A stretch of 64,000 bases of DNA from Rickettsiales bacterium UBA6177 (GCA_002422875.1 DITT01000029.1:9641-73640); one strand, 5' to 3'. Shown: positions 20,650 to 30,035, numbered from the stretch's first letter. The notes: a model not told the origin generated them from the letters alone. Numbers and translations: made by a program.

Positions 20650-23253
20650 CTAATCTATAATTTCAGATAAATGTTTTAGTATGTCATGATGGTTTGTTTT
20701 TGCCACGCAATATAAAATGCCATGTTCAATAGCTTCCTGCATTTTCCTTTCTTCATTAGTTGATGTAAGAGCAATTATAGGAATTTTATTAAATTTAGTG
20801 TCGTTTTTACAAAATTGAGCAAATTCTATACCAGACATTTTAGGCATATTGATATCAGTTATGATAGCCTTTATTTGTTGAGTGGTATTTTTTTGCATAA
20901 ATTCAATAGCGCTAAGAGCACTTTCAAAAGCGATAACTTCTTTTTCTAAATGACTTAAAGAAGGGGGAATAAATTTTCTAAAAAAAATACTATCATCAAC
21001 GTAAATAATAACTTCTTTATTATTTTCATTAACCAAATTTTTAGTATTATCTCCTTCTTCGGAATAAAAAGATTGGAATAATTCACCTACATTTACAATA
21101 TCCATTGTTTTTTCATGAATAACAACTGCATTATGGGAGAAATAATTTATATCATTATTTATTTCTATGGTAACTGCATCCACTATTTCCTTAACAATTA
21201 AACCAAGAATCGATTCTTTATTATTAAAGACTACTACTTGAAGCTCGCCATGTTCTGGATATATGAGTTGATCACTAATTTTTAATAGAGGCATCAAAGT
21301 ACCGCGATATTGTACAACCTCTTGGTTATTTGATACTTCAATAGAATCTACGTTTATTTCTTCTAACCTTGAAACGATTTCAAGAGGAATAGCCTTATGA
21401 GTGTTATTATCTGATTTAACAACAAGGAAAGTTATAGTATTCTCAATATTATTTTTAGCTTTTGTAAGGGTATCTTCATTGTGTTCTTGATAGTTTTCAG
21501 TGAGGCAAATAGTTTTAAACAAACCTACTGGGTCAAGAATCATAATAACCTTGCCATTTCCTAAAATAGTATTCCCAGAATAAAGGCCAATCTTCATTAG
21601 GGATTCTACAATAGGTTTTACAACTATTTCTTCGCTGTCAAAGACTTTATCAACAATTATACCAAAATTATTGCCACTTATTTCACAAATTACTACGTAT
21701 GAAGTTTTGTTCTCAATAATCTCACTATGAGGTAACGCAAATAGTTTAGTTAAATCGACTATAGGTAATAAATTATCCCTAATTCTGAGTAGGTAGCTTT
21801 CGTTAATTTTTTCAATTTTATTTTCTTCATTTTTGCCTGCTTTACAAATCTCAAGAACATTTATTTGAGGTATCGCTAGATTTTCACCACCTGCTTCAAT
21901 AATTAATACTGGCATAATTGCAAGCGTAAGAGGTATTTTGATTGTAAAAACTGAGCCTTTCCCAGTAACTGATTTAAGATCGACACTGCCATTTATTTTG
22001 TTGATATTGTTTTTGACTACATCCATACCAACACCTCTTCCTGAAACCGCAGTAACAGTAGTAGCTGTGGAGAAGCCAGCTCTGAAAATATATTGAATAA
22101 TTTGCACTTCGCTCATCTGCGCTACTTGCTCAGCATTAGCAAGCTTACTGGTAATTATTTTTTCTTTTACTCTCTCAATATTAATGCCTCGACCATCATC
22201 TGAAATTTCAATAATAATATGACCACCTTGATGGAAGGCTTTTAGCACTATAGTTCCAGATTCGTTTTTACCTTGTTCAATCCTTTCTTGGGGTAGTTCA
22301 AGGCCATGATCTGCAGAGTTTCTAATCATATGAATTAGAGGGTCTTTAATAGATTCAATTAACTGCCTATCAAGCTCGGTTTCTTCGCCGACCATTTTTA
22401 AAATTATTTTTTTATCAAGTTCTTTAGCGAGATCTCTGATCATGCGTGGCAATTTAGTCCAAGCACTACTTATAGGCTGCATTCTGGTTTTCATAATACC
22501 TTCTTGCAGCTGTGAAGTAATATGACTGAGGTTTTGTATAGAGTTACTAAATTGAGTATTATTATTGCCTCTATTGAGCTGTAGTAATTGATTTCTGTTT
22601 AAAACAAGCTCCCCTACTATCTGCATTAAATTTTCAAGCACATCTATGCTTACTCTTATAGTATGGTTTTCAGACTTAGAGTTTATTTGAACAGCACTGC
22701 TAGCAACTTGATTTGCTTCCTTGGTTAAATTATTCTCAGGAGAGTTTGCTGGTTTTGTTGGTTGCGCTGTTGAAACTTCAGGGATAGTCTTGAGAGGCGT
22801 ATCAAAAATTGTAGTAATATCAGTATCTGATTTTAAAGAATCATCATCTGTTGTAGCGATTGTGTCTTCTAGAATATTTCCTTTGGCTGCCTCATTTAGT
22901 CTAAAAATAAGGTTGTCATCTTTGCCTTCTGGCTCGGAACCATTTGCTTCAATTGCTACAATTATTTCCTTAATTTTATCAACGCACTCAAGGATAAGTG
23001 AAACAATATCACCGTTAACAATTAGTTGGTTACTACGAATTTTATCCATAATATTTTCGCCGGCATGAGCAACAGACTCAAGCCTTGAGAGCGCTAAAAA
23101 GCCACATGTGCCTTTTATAGTATGCATAATTCTAAAAATGCTACCTAGTAACTCTTTATCATTAGGGTTTTGTTCTAGACTAACAAGTTGATTATCAAGA
23201 TTATCTAATCCTTCTTTTGTTTCTGCTAAAAAATCTGAAATTAGATCATCCAT
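20650..23253 (-). CDS. cheA: Hybrid chemotaxis histidine kinase CheA: Hpt, dimerization, HATPase, two CheW-like domains, C-terminal REC
   Basis: Hpt HTIKGTCGFLAL; catalytic core HMIRNSADHG, DDGRGI, GRGVGMDVV; two consecutive CheW-like segments; a terminal receiver (IIYVDDS...AIITDINMPKMSG...IIALTS). Confidence 0.92.
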   Translation of the reverse strand: MDDLISDFLAETKEGLDNLDNQLVSLEQNPNDKELLGSIFRIMHTIKGTCGFLALSRLESVAHAGENIMDKIRSNQLIVNGDIVSLILECVDKIKEIIVAIEANGSEPEGKDDNLIFRLNEAAKGNILEDTIATTDDDSLKSDTDITTIFDTPLKTIPEVSTAQPTKPANSPENNLTKEANQVASSAVQINSKSENHTIRVSIDVLENLMQIVGELVLNRNQLLQLNRGNNNTQFSNSIQNLSHITSQLQEGIMKTRMQPISSAWTKLPRMIRDLAKELDKKIILKMVGEETELDRQLIESIKDPLIHMIRNSADHGLELPQERIEQGKNESGTIVLKAFHQGGHIIIEISDDGRGINIERVKEKIITSKLANAEQVAQMSEVQIIQYIFRAGFSTATTVTAVSGRGVGMDVVKNNINKINGSVDLKSVTGKGSVFTIKIPLTLAIMPVLIIEAGGENLAIPQINVLEICKAGKNEENKIEKINESYLLRIRDNLLPIVDLTKLFALPHSEIIENKTSYVVICEISGNNFGIIVDKVFDSEEIVVKPIVESLMKIGLYSGNTILGNGKVIMILDPVGLFKTICLTENYQEHNEDTLTKAKNNIENTITFLVVKSDNNTHKAIPLEIVSRLEEINVDSIEVSNNQEVVQYRGTLMPLLKISDQLIYPEHGELQVVVFNNKESILGLIVKEIVDAVTIEINNDINYFSHNAVVIHEKTMDIVNVGELFQSFYSEEGDNTKNLVNENNKEVIIYVDDSIFFRKFIPPSLSHLEKEVIAFESALSAIEFMQKNTTQQIKAIITDINMPKMSGIEFAQFCKNDTKFNKIPIIALTSTNEERKMQEAIEHGILYCVAKTNHHDILKHLSEIID

Positions 23254-23267
23254 ATTTATTCACCGTG

Positions 23268-23912
23268 TTACATGCTATTAAAAATTAAATCGAAAATTAG
23301 TTCATTGTCCTGAGTTGTAATATTAAGTTTAACATTCGAAGTTTTGATAAGCCTAGAAGAGTAATATAAATGAATATTCTTTGTTGTTAGTTCTTCTTCC
23401 TTAGCGCCTTTAGTAAGAATATAATGGTTGTCCTGGTCGAATTTTATAAGTTCGCCACTTGCTTTGATCTTAACTATGTAGTTATTATCTTTTTTAGCGA
23501 TAATACAATCTATTTTACCTTTCTTTATAACTGCTAAGCTAGCAATGTTAATTATGTTTGCAATGATTTTTGCTTGTAAGGCGCTAATATCATTTACTAC
23601 TTCTTGATTTTCAAATTCCCAATGAAATGGAATCTTGTTACTTTCAAGGTAATTAGTTATTACTTCTTTTGTTTGATCTAGTGAGGCATCAGTATCTGGC
23701 TTGTTATAGCCGTAAATATTTCTATAAAATTGCAATCTGAGTAATGCTTGTTTAGATCCAAGTTCTAAGATATGAAAAGCTTTCTTTTTAATATCTTCAT
23801 TTTCATTTGTAAGAAATTCAACTCCATTACTAATTGCGCCAATTGGGCCTGCTAAATCATGGCAGAACCTAGCGTTTAGAAGCTCGGATAATTTAAATTC
23901 ATTTATCATCAT
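23268..23912 (-). CDS. chpT: ChpT-like histidine phosphotransferase
   Basis: LLNARFCHDLAGPIGAISNGVEFL and LLRLQFYRNIYGY parallel the Caulobacter ChpT H-box (LLAARLCHDFISPASAI) and LQFTRVAFG helix. About 210 aa, with a degenerate HATPase-like C-terminal half. Confidence 0.7.
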   Translation of the reverse strand: MMINEFKLSELLNARFCHDLAGPIGAISNGVEFLTNENEDIKKKAFHILELGSKQALLRLQFYRNIYGYNKPDTDASLDQTKEVITNYLESNKIPFHWEFENQEVVNDISALQAKIIANIINIASLAVIKKGKIDCIIAKKDNNYIVKIKASGELIKFDQDNHYILTKGAKEEELTTKNIHLYYSSRLIKTSNVKLNITTQDNELIFDLIFNSM

Positions 23913-24055
23913 TTACCTTTTAATTTGCTTATATCCAAAGCTATTATAGCAATAAAAATATTTAATAAAATCACTATTCATTTAAATGACATTATCTTAT
24001 GGATATTATATTAATAAAGTACTAATGAAGTTTGGTTATAGGAAAATAATTAAAA

Positions 24056-24616
24056 ATGATATCTGAGAGTAAAATTAGATTACGCAAAAATATGCAGTTA
24101 CTTAGAAGTAAAATACCAAGTAATGAAAGAATAATATACGAAAGATCGATAGTAAATAATTTTATGAAATATGTACCTAATTTAAAATTAAAAACTATAT
24201 CTGGGTTTAAGGCAATCAACGGTGAGCCTAATTTAGATTCTTTATATTCAGAATTAGCAGCAGATAATATTATATGTTTTCCATGTATTGTTGATAAAAA
24301 TATTATTTTTAAAAAACAAGAAGAGGGAGGTAAATTTGTTATAAATCCCATTTATCAAATATTAGAGCCAGAATCAGGATCTTTAGAAATAATACCAGAT
24401 ATTTTGCTACTGCCATTACTTGCAGCAGACAAACAAGGTAATAGGCTTGGGTTTGGAGGTGGATTTTATGATCGTTATTTACAATATGCATCTGAAGTTA
24501 AAAAAATAATAACGATAGGTATTTGCTTTGATGGGCAAATTGTAGAAGAAGTACCAGTAGAAAATCATGATCAAAAATTAGATTTTATCTTAAGTGATAA
24601 AAGATTCATTAGATAG
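24056..24616 (+). CDS. 5-formyltetrahydrofolate cyclo-ligase
   Basis: Length and C-terminal motif GNRLGFGGGFYDRYL. Confidence 0.85.
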   Translation: MISESKIRLRKNMQLLRSKIPSNERIIYERSIVNNFMKYVPNLKLKTISGFKAINGEPNLDSLYSELAADNIICFPCIVDKNIIFKKQEEGGKFVINPIYQILEPESGSLEIIPDILLLPLLAADKQGNRLGFGGGFYDRYLQYASEVKKIITIGICFDGQIVEEVPVENHDQKLDFILSDKRFIR

Positions 24617-24635
24617 TGATCTAGGTTGAAATTTA

Positions 24636-25553
24636 CTATAAAATAAATTTAATAGCCCATGGTATACAAACAGCGGCAAAAACCGTTGTAAGTAATATAG
24701 CTGAAGCTGCTTTTGGTTGAGAAGATTTTAATATAGTACAAAACACTATATTGTTTGCGGCAAGAGGTGCCATTGATGCAAGCATCAATAATTGATATAT
24801 TTGAGGATCAAAAATATTTAGAAGATTTTTGTCTATAGTAATTAAAGTGAGAGTAACCATAGGTTGAATAATGAATTTACCAATAAAAGCTGTACTAATA
24901 TATCTAAAATCTAATTTAGTCCAAGTAATATCAGCTAGTGCCATCCCAACAATCATCATGCCAAAAAGCGAGTATGCGCTTCTAATTTGTAAAAAAAGAT
25001 CATCAAAAACAGCAGGGATTTCTAAATTAAGAATACTAACTAACATTGCAGCTAATAGAGCATACATCGCTGGCAATCTTAATAATTTTATAAAGCTTTC
25101 CCTAGCAGTAAAATTACCTTTTGCAGCAATATAAAATCCAAAAGTATTTTCATAAATTATATTACCTGTGATAATAAGAATAAAAACCCCTAATACTTCC
25201 TGATTAAAAAGATAAGTTGCTATAGGTAATAAAAAATAACCAACGTTAGCATTAGGAGAGGCAAAAGCTAAGAACCTACGAGTGTTATTATCTGGGTACA
25301 AAAATTTGCATTTAAGAATAATCATACAGCTTGTAGAAGATGCTAAGGCAACTAGAAGAGGGATAAGAACATTCATTTTAGTTACTTCAAGTTTTACAAC
25401 TGAAGAGAAAAATAAGAGTGGTACAAATATATAAAGCAGTAACTTTGCTATCGAATCTTTTTCAATTTTTAGCACAGTATTTGCGATATAACCGAGTATA
25501 ATTACAGTAAATGATAAAGAGAGCTTTAATAAAACAACCAGGCTAATATCCAT
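24636..25553 (-). CDS. AEC (auxin efflux carrier) family transporter
   Basis: About 10 TM segments and 305 aa, with the two-halves architecture typical of Mem_trans/AEC permeases. Family call from overall pattern only. Confidence 0.6.
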   Translation of the reverse strand: MDISLVVLLKLSLSFTVIILGYIANTVLKIEKDSIAKLLLYIFVPLLFFSSVVKLEVTKMNVLIPLLVALASSTSCMIILKCKFLYPDNNTRRFLAFASPNANVGYFLLPIATYLFNQEVLGVFILIITGNIIYENTFGFYIAAKGNFTARESFIKLLRLPAMYALLAAMLVSILNLEIPAVFDDLFLQIRSAYSLFGMMIVGMALADITWTKLDFRYISTAFIGKFIIQPMVTLTLITIDKNLLNIFDPQIYQLLMLASMAPLAANNIVFCTILKSSQPKAASAILLTTVFAAVCIPWAIKFIL

Positions 25554-25555
25554 AA

Positions 25556-26539
25556 TTATCTGCTAATTATTTTAGCTACATCAAGGGCAGCATATGTTAA
25601 AATTCCTGTTGCACCAGCTCTTTTAAAGGATATTAAGCTTTCAATTAAAATTTCTTCGTAATTAAAACAGCCATTTAAGCTTGCAAATTTTAGCATTGCA
25701 TATTCACCACTTACTTGATAAGCAAATAAAGGGGCTAAGCAATTATTAGCAGCATCACGTAAGATATCTAAATATAACATTCCTGGCTTAATAATAATCA
25801 TATCTGCCCCTTCAGCTATATCTTGCTTTATTTTAAGGAGAGCATCATTTCTATTGCGGTAATCTAATTGGTAGGTTTGTTTGCTAATTTCATGAGTTGT
25901 TGAGCGTGATGATACTGCATCTCTAAAAGGACCATATAATTTTGAAGCATATTTAGCTGCATAAGACATAATTGCAATGTTCTGAAAATTTTCACGATCA
26001 AGTACCGTTCTAATAGCTGCAACTCTGCCATCCATCATATCAGAAGGTGCTATAATATCACAGCCAGCATGTGCTTGTACTAAAGCTTGTTTTACTAACA
26101 ATTCTACTGTTTCATCGTTAGCAACTTCGCCGTTTATTACCACACCGTCGTGGCCATCAAGAGTATATGGGTCAAGTGCTACATCGCATATTATACCAAT
26201 ATCAATATTACTCTTTATTTCTTTTATTGCTCTACATACTAAATTATCAGGGTTAAATGCTTCCCTAGCACAAGAAGATTTTTTTCCGCGTTCAATAGAA
26301 GGAAAAATAGCGATAGCTTTAATGCCAAAAGAAAGGGCTTCCTTGATATAATCAATAGCCTGATCGATAGAATATCTATAGATACCTGGCATGGTAGGTA
26401 TAGCAATTTTTTGATGCTTACCTTCTGTAATAAATATTGGCAAAATAAGATCGCTAGTATTTAAGCAATTTTGAGCCACTAAATCTCGAACCCATGCTGA
26501 TTGTTTATTTCTTCTTAAGCGGGCAATCGAGTGAATCAT
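25556..26539 (-). CDS. hemB: Porphobilinogen synthase (delta-aminolevulinate dehydratase)
   Basis: RLRRNKQSAWVRDLV N-terminus, active-site Lys region MIIIKPGMLYLDI, and C-terminal YQVSGEYAM. Confidence 0.95.
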   Translation of the reverse strand: MIHSIARLRRNKQSAWVRDLVAQNCLNTSDLILPIFITEGKHQKIAIPTMPGIYRYSIDQAIDYIKEALSFGIKAIAIFPSIERGKKSSCAREAFNPDNLVCRAIKEIKSNIDIGIICDVALDPYTLDGHDGVVINGEVANDETVELLVKQALVQAHAGCDIIAPSDMMDGRVAAIRTVLDRENFQNIAIMSYAAKYASKLYGPFRDAVSSRSTTHEISKQTYQLDYRNRNDALLKIKQDIAEGADMIIIKPGMLYLDILRDAANNCLAPLFAYQVSGEYAMLKFASLNGCFNYEEILIESLISFKRAGATGILTYAALDVAKIISR

Positions 26540-26647
26540 TTTTTTATCCTAATAGTTTATAAATGGTTAATTTATAGCGATTCTTAATTAAGTAATTTTT
26601 AAATTATTAACGTTAAATTGTAAATGATATAAAATAACGTTAGTTAT

Positions 26648-27082
26648 ATGAAATCTTTAATAAGAAGCATTTTTAAGTCAAGAAAAAAGATTTTTAATAA
26701 AGCTTTTTTTATTAGTTTTTTACGTTTGTTATTTAAGAAAAAATTACAATTACATAAAAAACATAAAATAGTAAAAACTAGTGTTTTAATACAAAAAAAT
26801 ACATATAATAGCTTAATTATCAAGCAGCGAGTTGTCTTAAGAAAATATTTAATAGAGCACTATAATGTATCTATTAAGAATTTGCCGTTTATTTTAAAAT
26901 TTATTGAGATGAATAATTGTTTATTTGCTGATCTATTAATCATAGAGCAATTAATAGTTAAAGCTAATAAGAAGCTTGAATATAAATCTAATATTTCAAA
27001 CAATATCAAGCCATTCATGTGGCAAAGCTTTATTAGTAATCAAAGAACAGCTTATGAAGAAAAATATTACTTAAAAGGTTGA
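26648..27082 (+). CDS. Hypothetical highly basic 144-aa protein; may be a spurious AT-rich ORF
   Basis: It is the only long ORF in the hemB-htpG spacer. No recognisable motif; Lys-rich. Confidence 0.25.
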   Translation: MKSLIRSIFKSRKKIFNKAFFISFLRLLFKKKLQLHKKHKIVKTSVLIQKNTYNSLIIKQRVVLRKYLIEHYNVSIKNLPFILKFIEMNNCLFADLLIIEQLIVKANKKLEYKSNISNNIKPFMWQSFISNQRTAYEEKYYLKG

Positions 27083-27105
27083 AAAATTAAAATATATACT
27101 TATAT
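27078..27105 (+). promoter_or_regulatory. Candidate RpoH (sigma32)-type promoter for htpG
   Basis: GTTG (27078-27081), N17, CTTATAT (27099-27105), about 45 bp upstream of the htpG ATG. Same geometry as the clpB candidate. Confidence 0.35.
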
Positions 27106-27148
27106 CAATTTCATGAAGATAAAATTATTTCAAGTTAAGTAGGTGGTT

Positions 27149-29035
27149 ATGGCTAATAATAATGATGTAGAAGTAAAGAAATTTGGTGCTGAAACAGGCA
27201 AGATATTGAATTTAATGATTCATTCTCTTTATACTAATAAAGATATTTTTTTAAGGGAATTAATTTCTAATTCTTCTGATGCTTGTGATAAATTAAGATA
27301 CCTTGCAATTGAGAATCCTAGCTTAATTAGTGATAATGCTAATTTTAAAATTCTTATAAGCTACGATAAAGATAAAAAAATATTAGTTATCGAAGATAAC
27401 GGTATTGGCATGAACAAGGAAGATTTAATTAATAATATCGGGACTATTGCAAGTTCAGGAACTGAAAAGTTTTTTGATCAAATGACAGGTGATAAAGCAA
27501 AAGATATGCAATTAATTGGCCAATTTGGGGTAGGTTTTTATGCATGTTTTATGATTGCTGATGAAGTTGAAGTAATTTCTAAAAAAGCTGGTGAAGATAA
27601 AAGCTTTAAATGGGTATCTGATGGCAAAAATGATTATAAAATTTCAGAGATAGATGATCAAAATATAGTCAGAGGAACAAAAATTAGCCTACATCTTAAA
27701 GAAAATATGGATGAGTATTTGGATAGCTTTAGGATAAAGCATATTGTTAAAACATATTCAGATCATATTTCTGTACCAGTAGAGCTTTTAGGCGAAGATG
27801 GTAAGGCAGAAACAATAAATAGTGCTGCAGCTTTGTGGAAGAAAAGTAAGAATGAAATTTCAGAAGAAGAATATAGAAGCTTCTATAAATCAGTTTCGCA
27901 TCAACCAGATGATCCATGGCTTACAATGCATAATAAAAATGAAGGAGTGATAGAATATACTAATTTGTTATTTATTCCTTCAATGAAGCCTTTTGATTTA
28001 TTTCATCCTGATCGAAAAACCAGAGTTAAACTTTATGTAAAAAGAGTTTATATTGCTGAAGAAGGAGTGGATTTAGTACCTTCAAATCTTCGTTTCTTAC
28101 GAGGAGTAGTTGATTCAGAGGACTTGCCGTTAAATATTAGTAGGGAATCTCTACAATATAGTAGTGTAATTAACAAAATAAAAAAATCAGTAGCAAAGAA
28201 AGTCTATACAGAACTTAAAAAGAAATTAAATGACGATAGAGAGAGTTATGAAAAATTTTGGCAAAATTTTGGTTCTTGTGTCAAAGAAGGCTTATGCGAG
28301 CATATTGAAGATAAAGATCAAATTCTTGATATTTGCTTATTTAAAAGCACTTTAAAAGATAAATATCTAACTCTTAATGAATATATTGCTGGAATGCCAG
28401 AAAAACAAAAAATGATTTATTTCTTGCGCGGCGAAGAAAATGAAAAACTGACTCAAAGCGCGCAAATAGAAGGATTTATTAAAAATAATATCGATGTATT
28501 ATTATTTACAGATACTGTAGATGATTTTTGGGTTAATGTTTGCAGCTCTTATAAAGAGCATGAAATTAAATCTGTAACTAGATCAAGTATTGAGTTAGAT
28601 GAAATTCTTGATAAAAAATCAGAAAAAACAGAATCAGCTGAAGATGACGATAAAAATAATCATAACCAAGAGTTGATTAATTTCTTTAAAGAGACTTTAG
28701 CTACTAATGTTAGTGATGTTAAAATATCTAAAAAATTAGTTGATAGTCCTGTTTGTCTAGGTGTTGCAGAGAATGCAATGGATATTAGAATGGAACGTTA
28801 TCTTAAAGAGCAAAAGCAGATTATGCATGGTTCTGCTAAGGTTCTGGAAATAAATATAAAGCATCCAATCATTATTAAAATTGCAGCTTATTTAAGTGGA
28901 AATGATAAAGAATTAGCTGCTAATTTAGCTCATCTTCTATTTGATGAAGCATGTATTATGGAAGGTGAAAATGTTGTTGATCTTACTGGTTTTGCTGCAA
29001 GATTAAATAGTTTAATTACAAAAGCTATTAATTAA
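27149..29035 (+). CDS. htpG: Molecular chaperone HtpG (Hsp90)
   Basis: ELISNSSDACDKLRY and GQFGVGFYACFM. ATG at 27149 follows AGGTGG; the GTG at 27143 is the alternative start. Confidence 0.95.
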   Translation: MANNNDVEVKKFGAETGKILNLMIHSLYTNKDIFLRELISNSSDACDKLRYLAIENPSLISDNANFKILISYDKDKKILVIEDNGIGMNKEDLINNIGTIASSGTEKFFDQMTGDKAKDMQLIGQFGVGFYACFMIADEVEVISKKAGEDKSFKWVSDGKNDYKISEIDDQNIVRGTKISLHLKENMDEYLDSFRIKHIVKTYSDHISVPVELLGEDGKAETINSAAALWKKSKNEISEEEYRSFYKSVSHQPDDPWLTMHNKNEGVIEYTNLLFIPSMKPFDLFHPDRKTRVKLYVKRVYIAEEGVDLVPSNLRFLRGVVDSEDLPLNISRESLQYSSVINKIKKSVAKKVYTELKKKLNDDRESYEKFWQNFGSCVKEGLCEHIEDKDQILDICLFKSTLKDKYLTLNEYIAGMPEKQKMIYFLRGEENEKLTQSAQIEGFIKNNIDVLLFTDTVDDFWVNVCSSYKEHEIKSVTRSSIELDEILDKKSEKTESAEDDDKNNHNQELINFFKETLATNVSDVKISKKLVDSPVCLGVAENAMDIRMERYLKEQKQIMHGSAKVLEINIKHPIIIKIAAYLSGNDKELAANLAHLLFDEACIMEGENVVDLTGFAARLNSLITKAIN

Positions 29036-29046
29036 TAATATATAAA

Positions 29047-29081
29047 ATGATGCGCAAAAGTTTGATATTTTTGTGCATCAT
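29047..29081 (+). terminator. Hairpin downstream of htpG
   Basis: ATGATGCGCAAAA...TTTTGTGCATCAT: 13-nt arms with one mismatch and a 9-nt loop. Confidence 0.4.
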
Positions 29082-29165
29082 CAGTTTAAAATAACCAAAA
29101 GCAGTTAAAGCAGTTGCATCTAATTAATTTCACTCAAAATTCTTATTGACAAATTAAGGTAATTA

Positions 29166-29918
29166 TTGATTTATATCAATAAAAATTTTATGTATATCAT
29201 TATGGAAAATGCAAAGATAGCATATAGAGAAGATAAAACTATATCGCAAGTAGCTTATTTTAGACAAAATAGTAATACTTCTTTAAATCAACTTCATATT
29301 TATAGAGAAAATGGTAAAGATATAGAGCAAGTATTAGCTTTTAGAATAGATGGCACATTAGAGCAGGCACGTATTTATACAAAGAATGGTATGTTCTTAG
29401 AGAGGGATATATTTTATAGAGAAGATGGCAAGACTATAGAGCAAATTTATATTTATAAAAAAGACAGTCGTTTTATAGATAAAAAAATATTTTATAGAGA
29501 AGATGGCAAAACTATAGATCAAATTCATTTTTGTAATGGAATAAATGATAAAATATATTTAGGTAATGTCTATAGAGAAGATGGTCAAACTTTAAAAGAA
29601 ACTCATTTTTATAAAGATGATGGTAAAACTATAGAGAAAAAAACATTATATAAAGATGATGGTAAAACTATAGACCAAATTCATTTTTATAATGGAAACA
29701 ACTCTTCTCCTGTAAAAGCTGAGTTTTATAAAGCAGATGGCTTAACCAAAATACAAGCCAAATATTTTAAAGAAGGAACTGATCATCTTGATAATACAGT
29801 ATGTTATAAACAGGATGGTAAAAATATAGGAGCGACCCTTTATTATGCTGATGATGGAAGCTTAAAACAAGTTGTGTTAGGAGAGTCAGCAGACAACAAT
29901 CATAATGTTTTTGAATAA
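29166..29918 (+). CDS. Tandem-repeat protein with about 17 copies of a 12-13-aa (F/Y)Y(R/K)xDGKTIxQ(I/V) unit; the start is probably ATG 29190 or 29202
   Basis: Periodic motif read directly: IFYREDGKTIEQI / YIYKKDSRFIDKK / IFYREDGKTIDQI / HFYKDDGKTIEKK / TLYKDDGKTIDQI and so on. A TTGACA at 29146 would put a promoter across the TTG at 29166. Confidence 0.6.
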   Translation: MIYINKNFMYIIMENAKIAYREDKTISQVAYFRQNSNTSLNQLHIYRENGKDIEQVLAFRIDGTLEQARIYTKNGMFLERDIFYREDGKTIEQIYIYKKDSRFIDKKIFYREDGKTIDQIHFCNGINDKIYLGNVYREDGQTLKETHFYKDDGKTIEKKTLYKDDGKTIDQIHFYNGNNSSPVKAEFYKADGLTKIQAKYFKEGTDHLDNTVCYKQDGKNIGATLYYADDGSLKQVVLGESADNNHNVFE

Positions 29919-30035
29919 AACTTCCCTAGTACATTTCTCAATTTAATTTATTATTAACAAGTGATATATATCAAAGAATCTTTTTTAACAATAAGTATTA
30001 TTAAAAATATATGAGACGAACTTTATATAAAAAGA

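Noticed and set aside
18646-23068. Plus-strand ORFs 18646-18996, 19600-19809, 19772-20005, 19845-20156, 20234-20653 and 22721-23068, all opposite the che genes
   Set aside because: All lie fully inside well-supported minus-strand che genes and have shadow-frame composition with no recognisable domains.
24011-24025. CtrA-box-like TTAATAAAGTACTAA in the chpT/5-FTHF-cyclo-ligase divergent promoter
   Set aside because: It is an imperfect match (TTAA-N7-CTAA). TTAA-containing strings are expected by chance in DNA this AT-rich.
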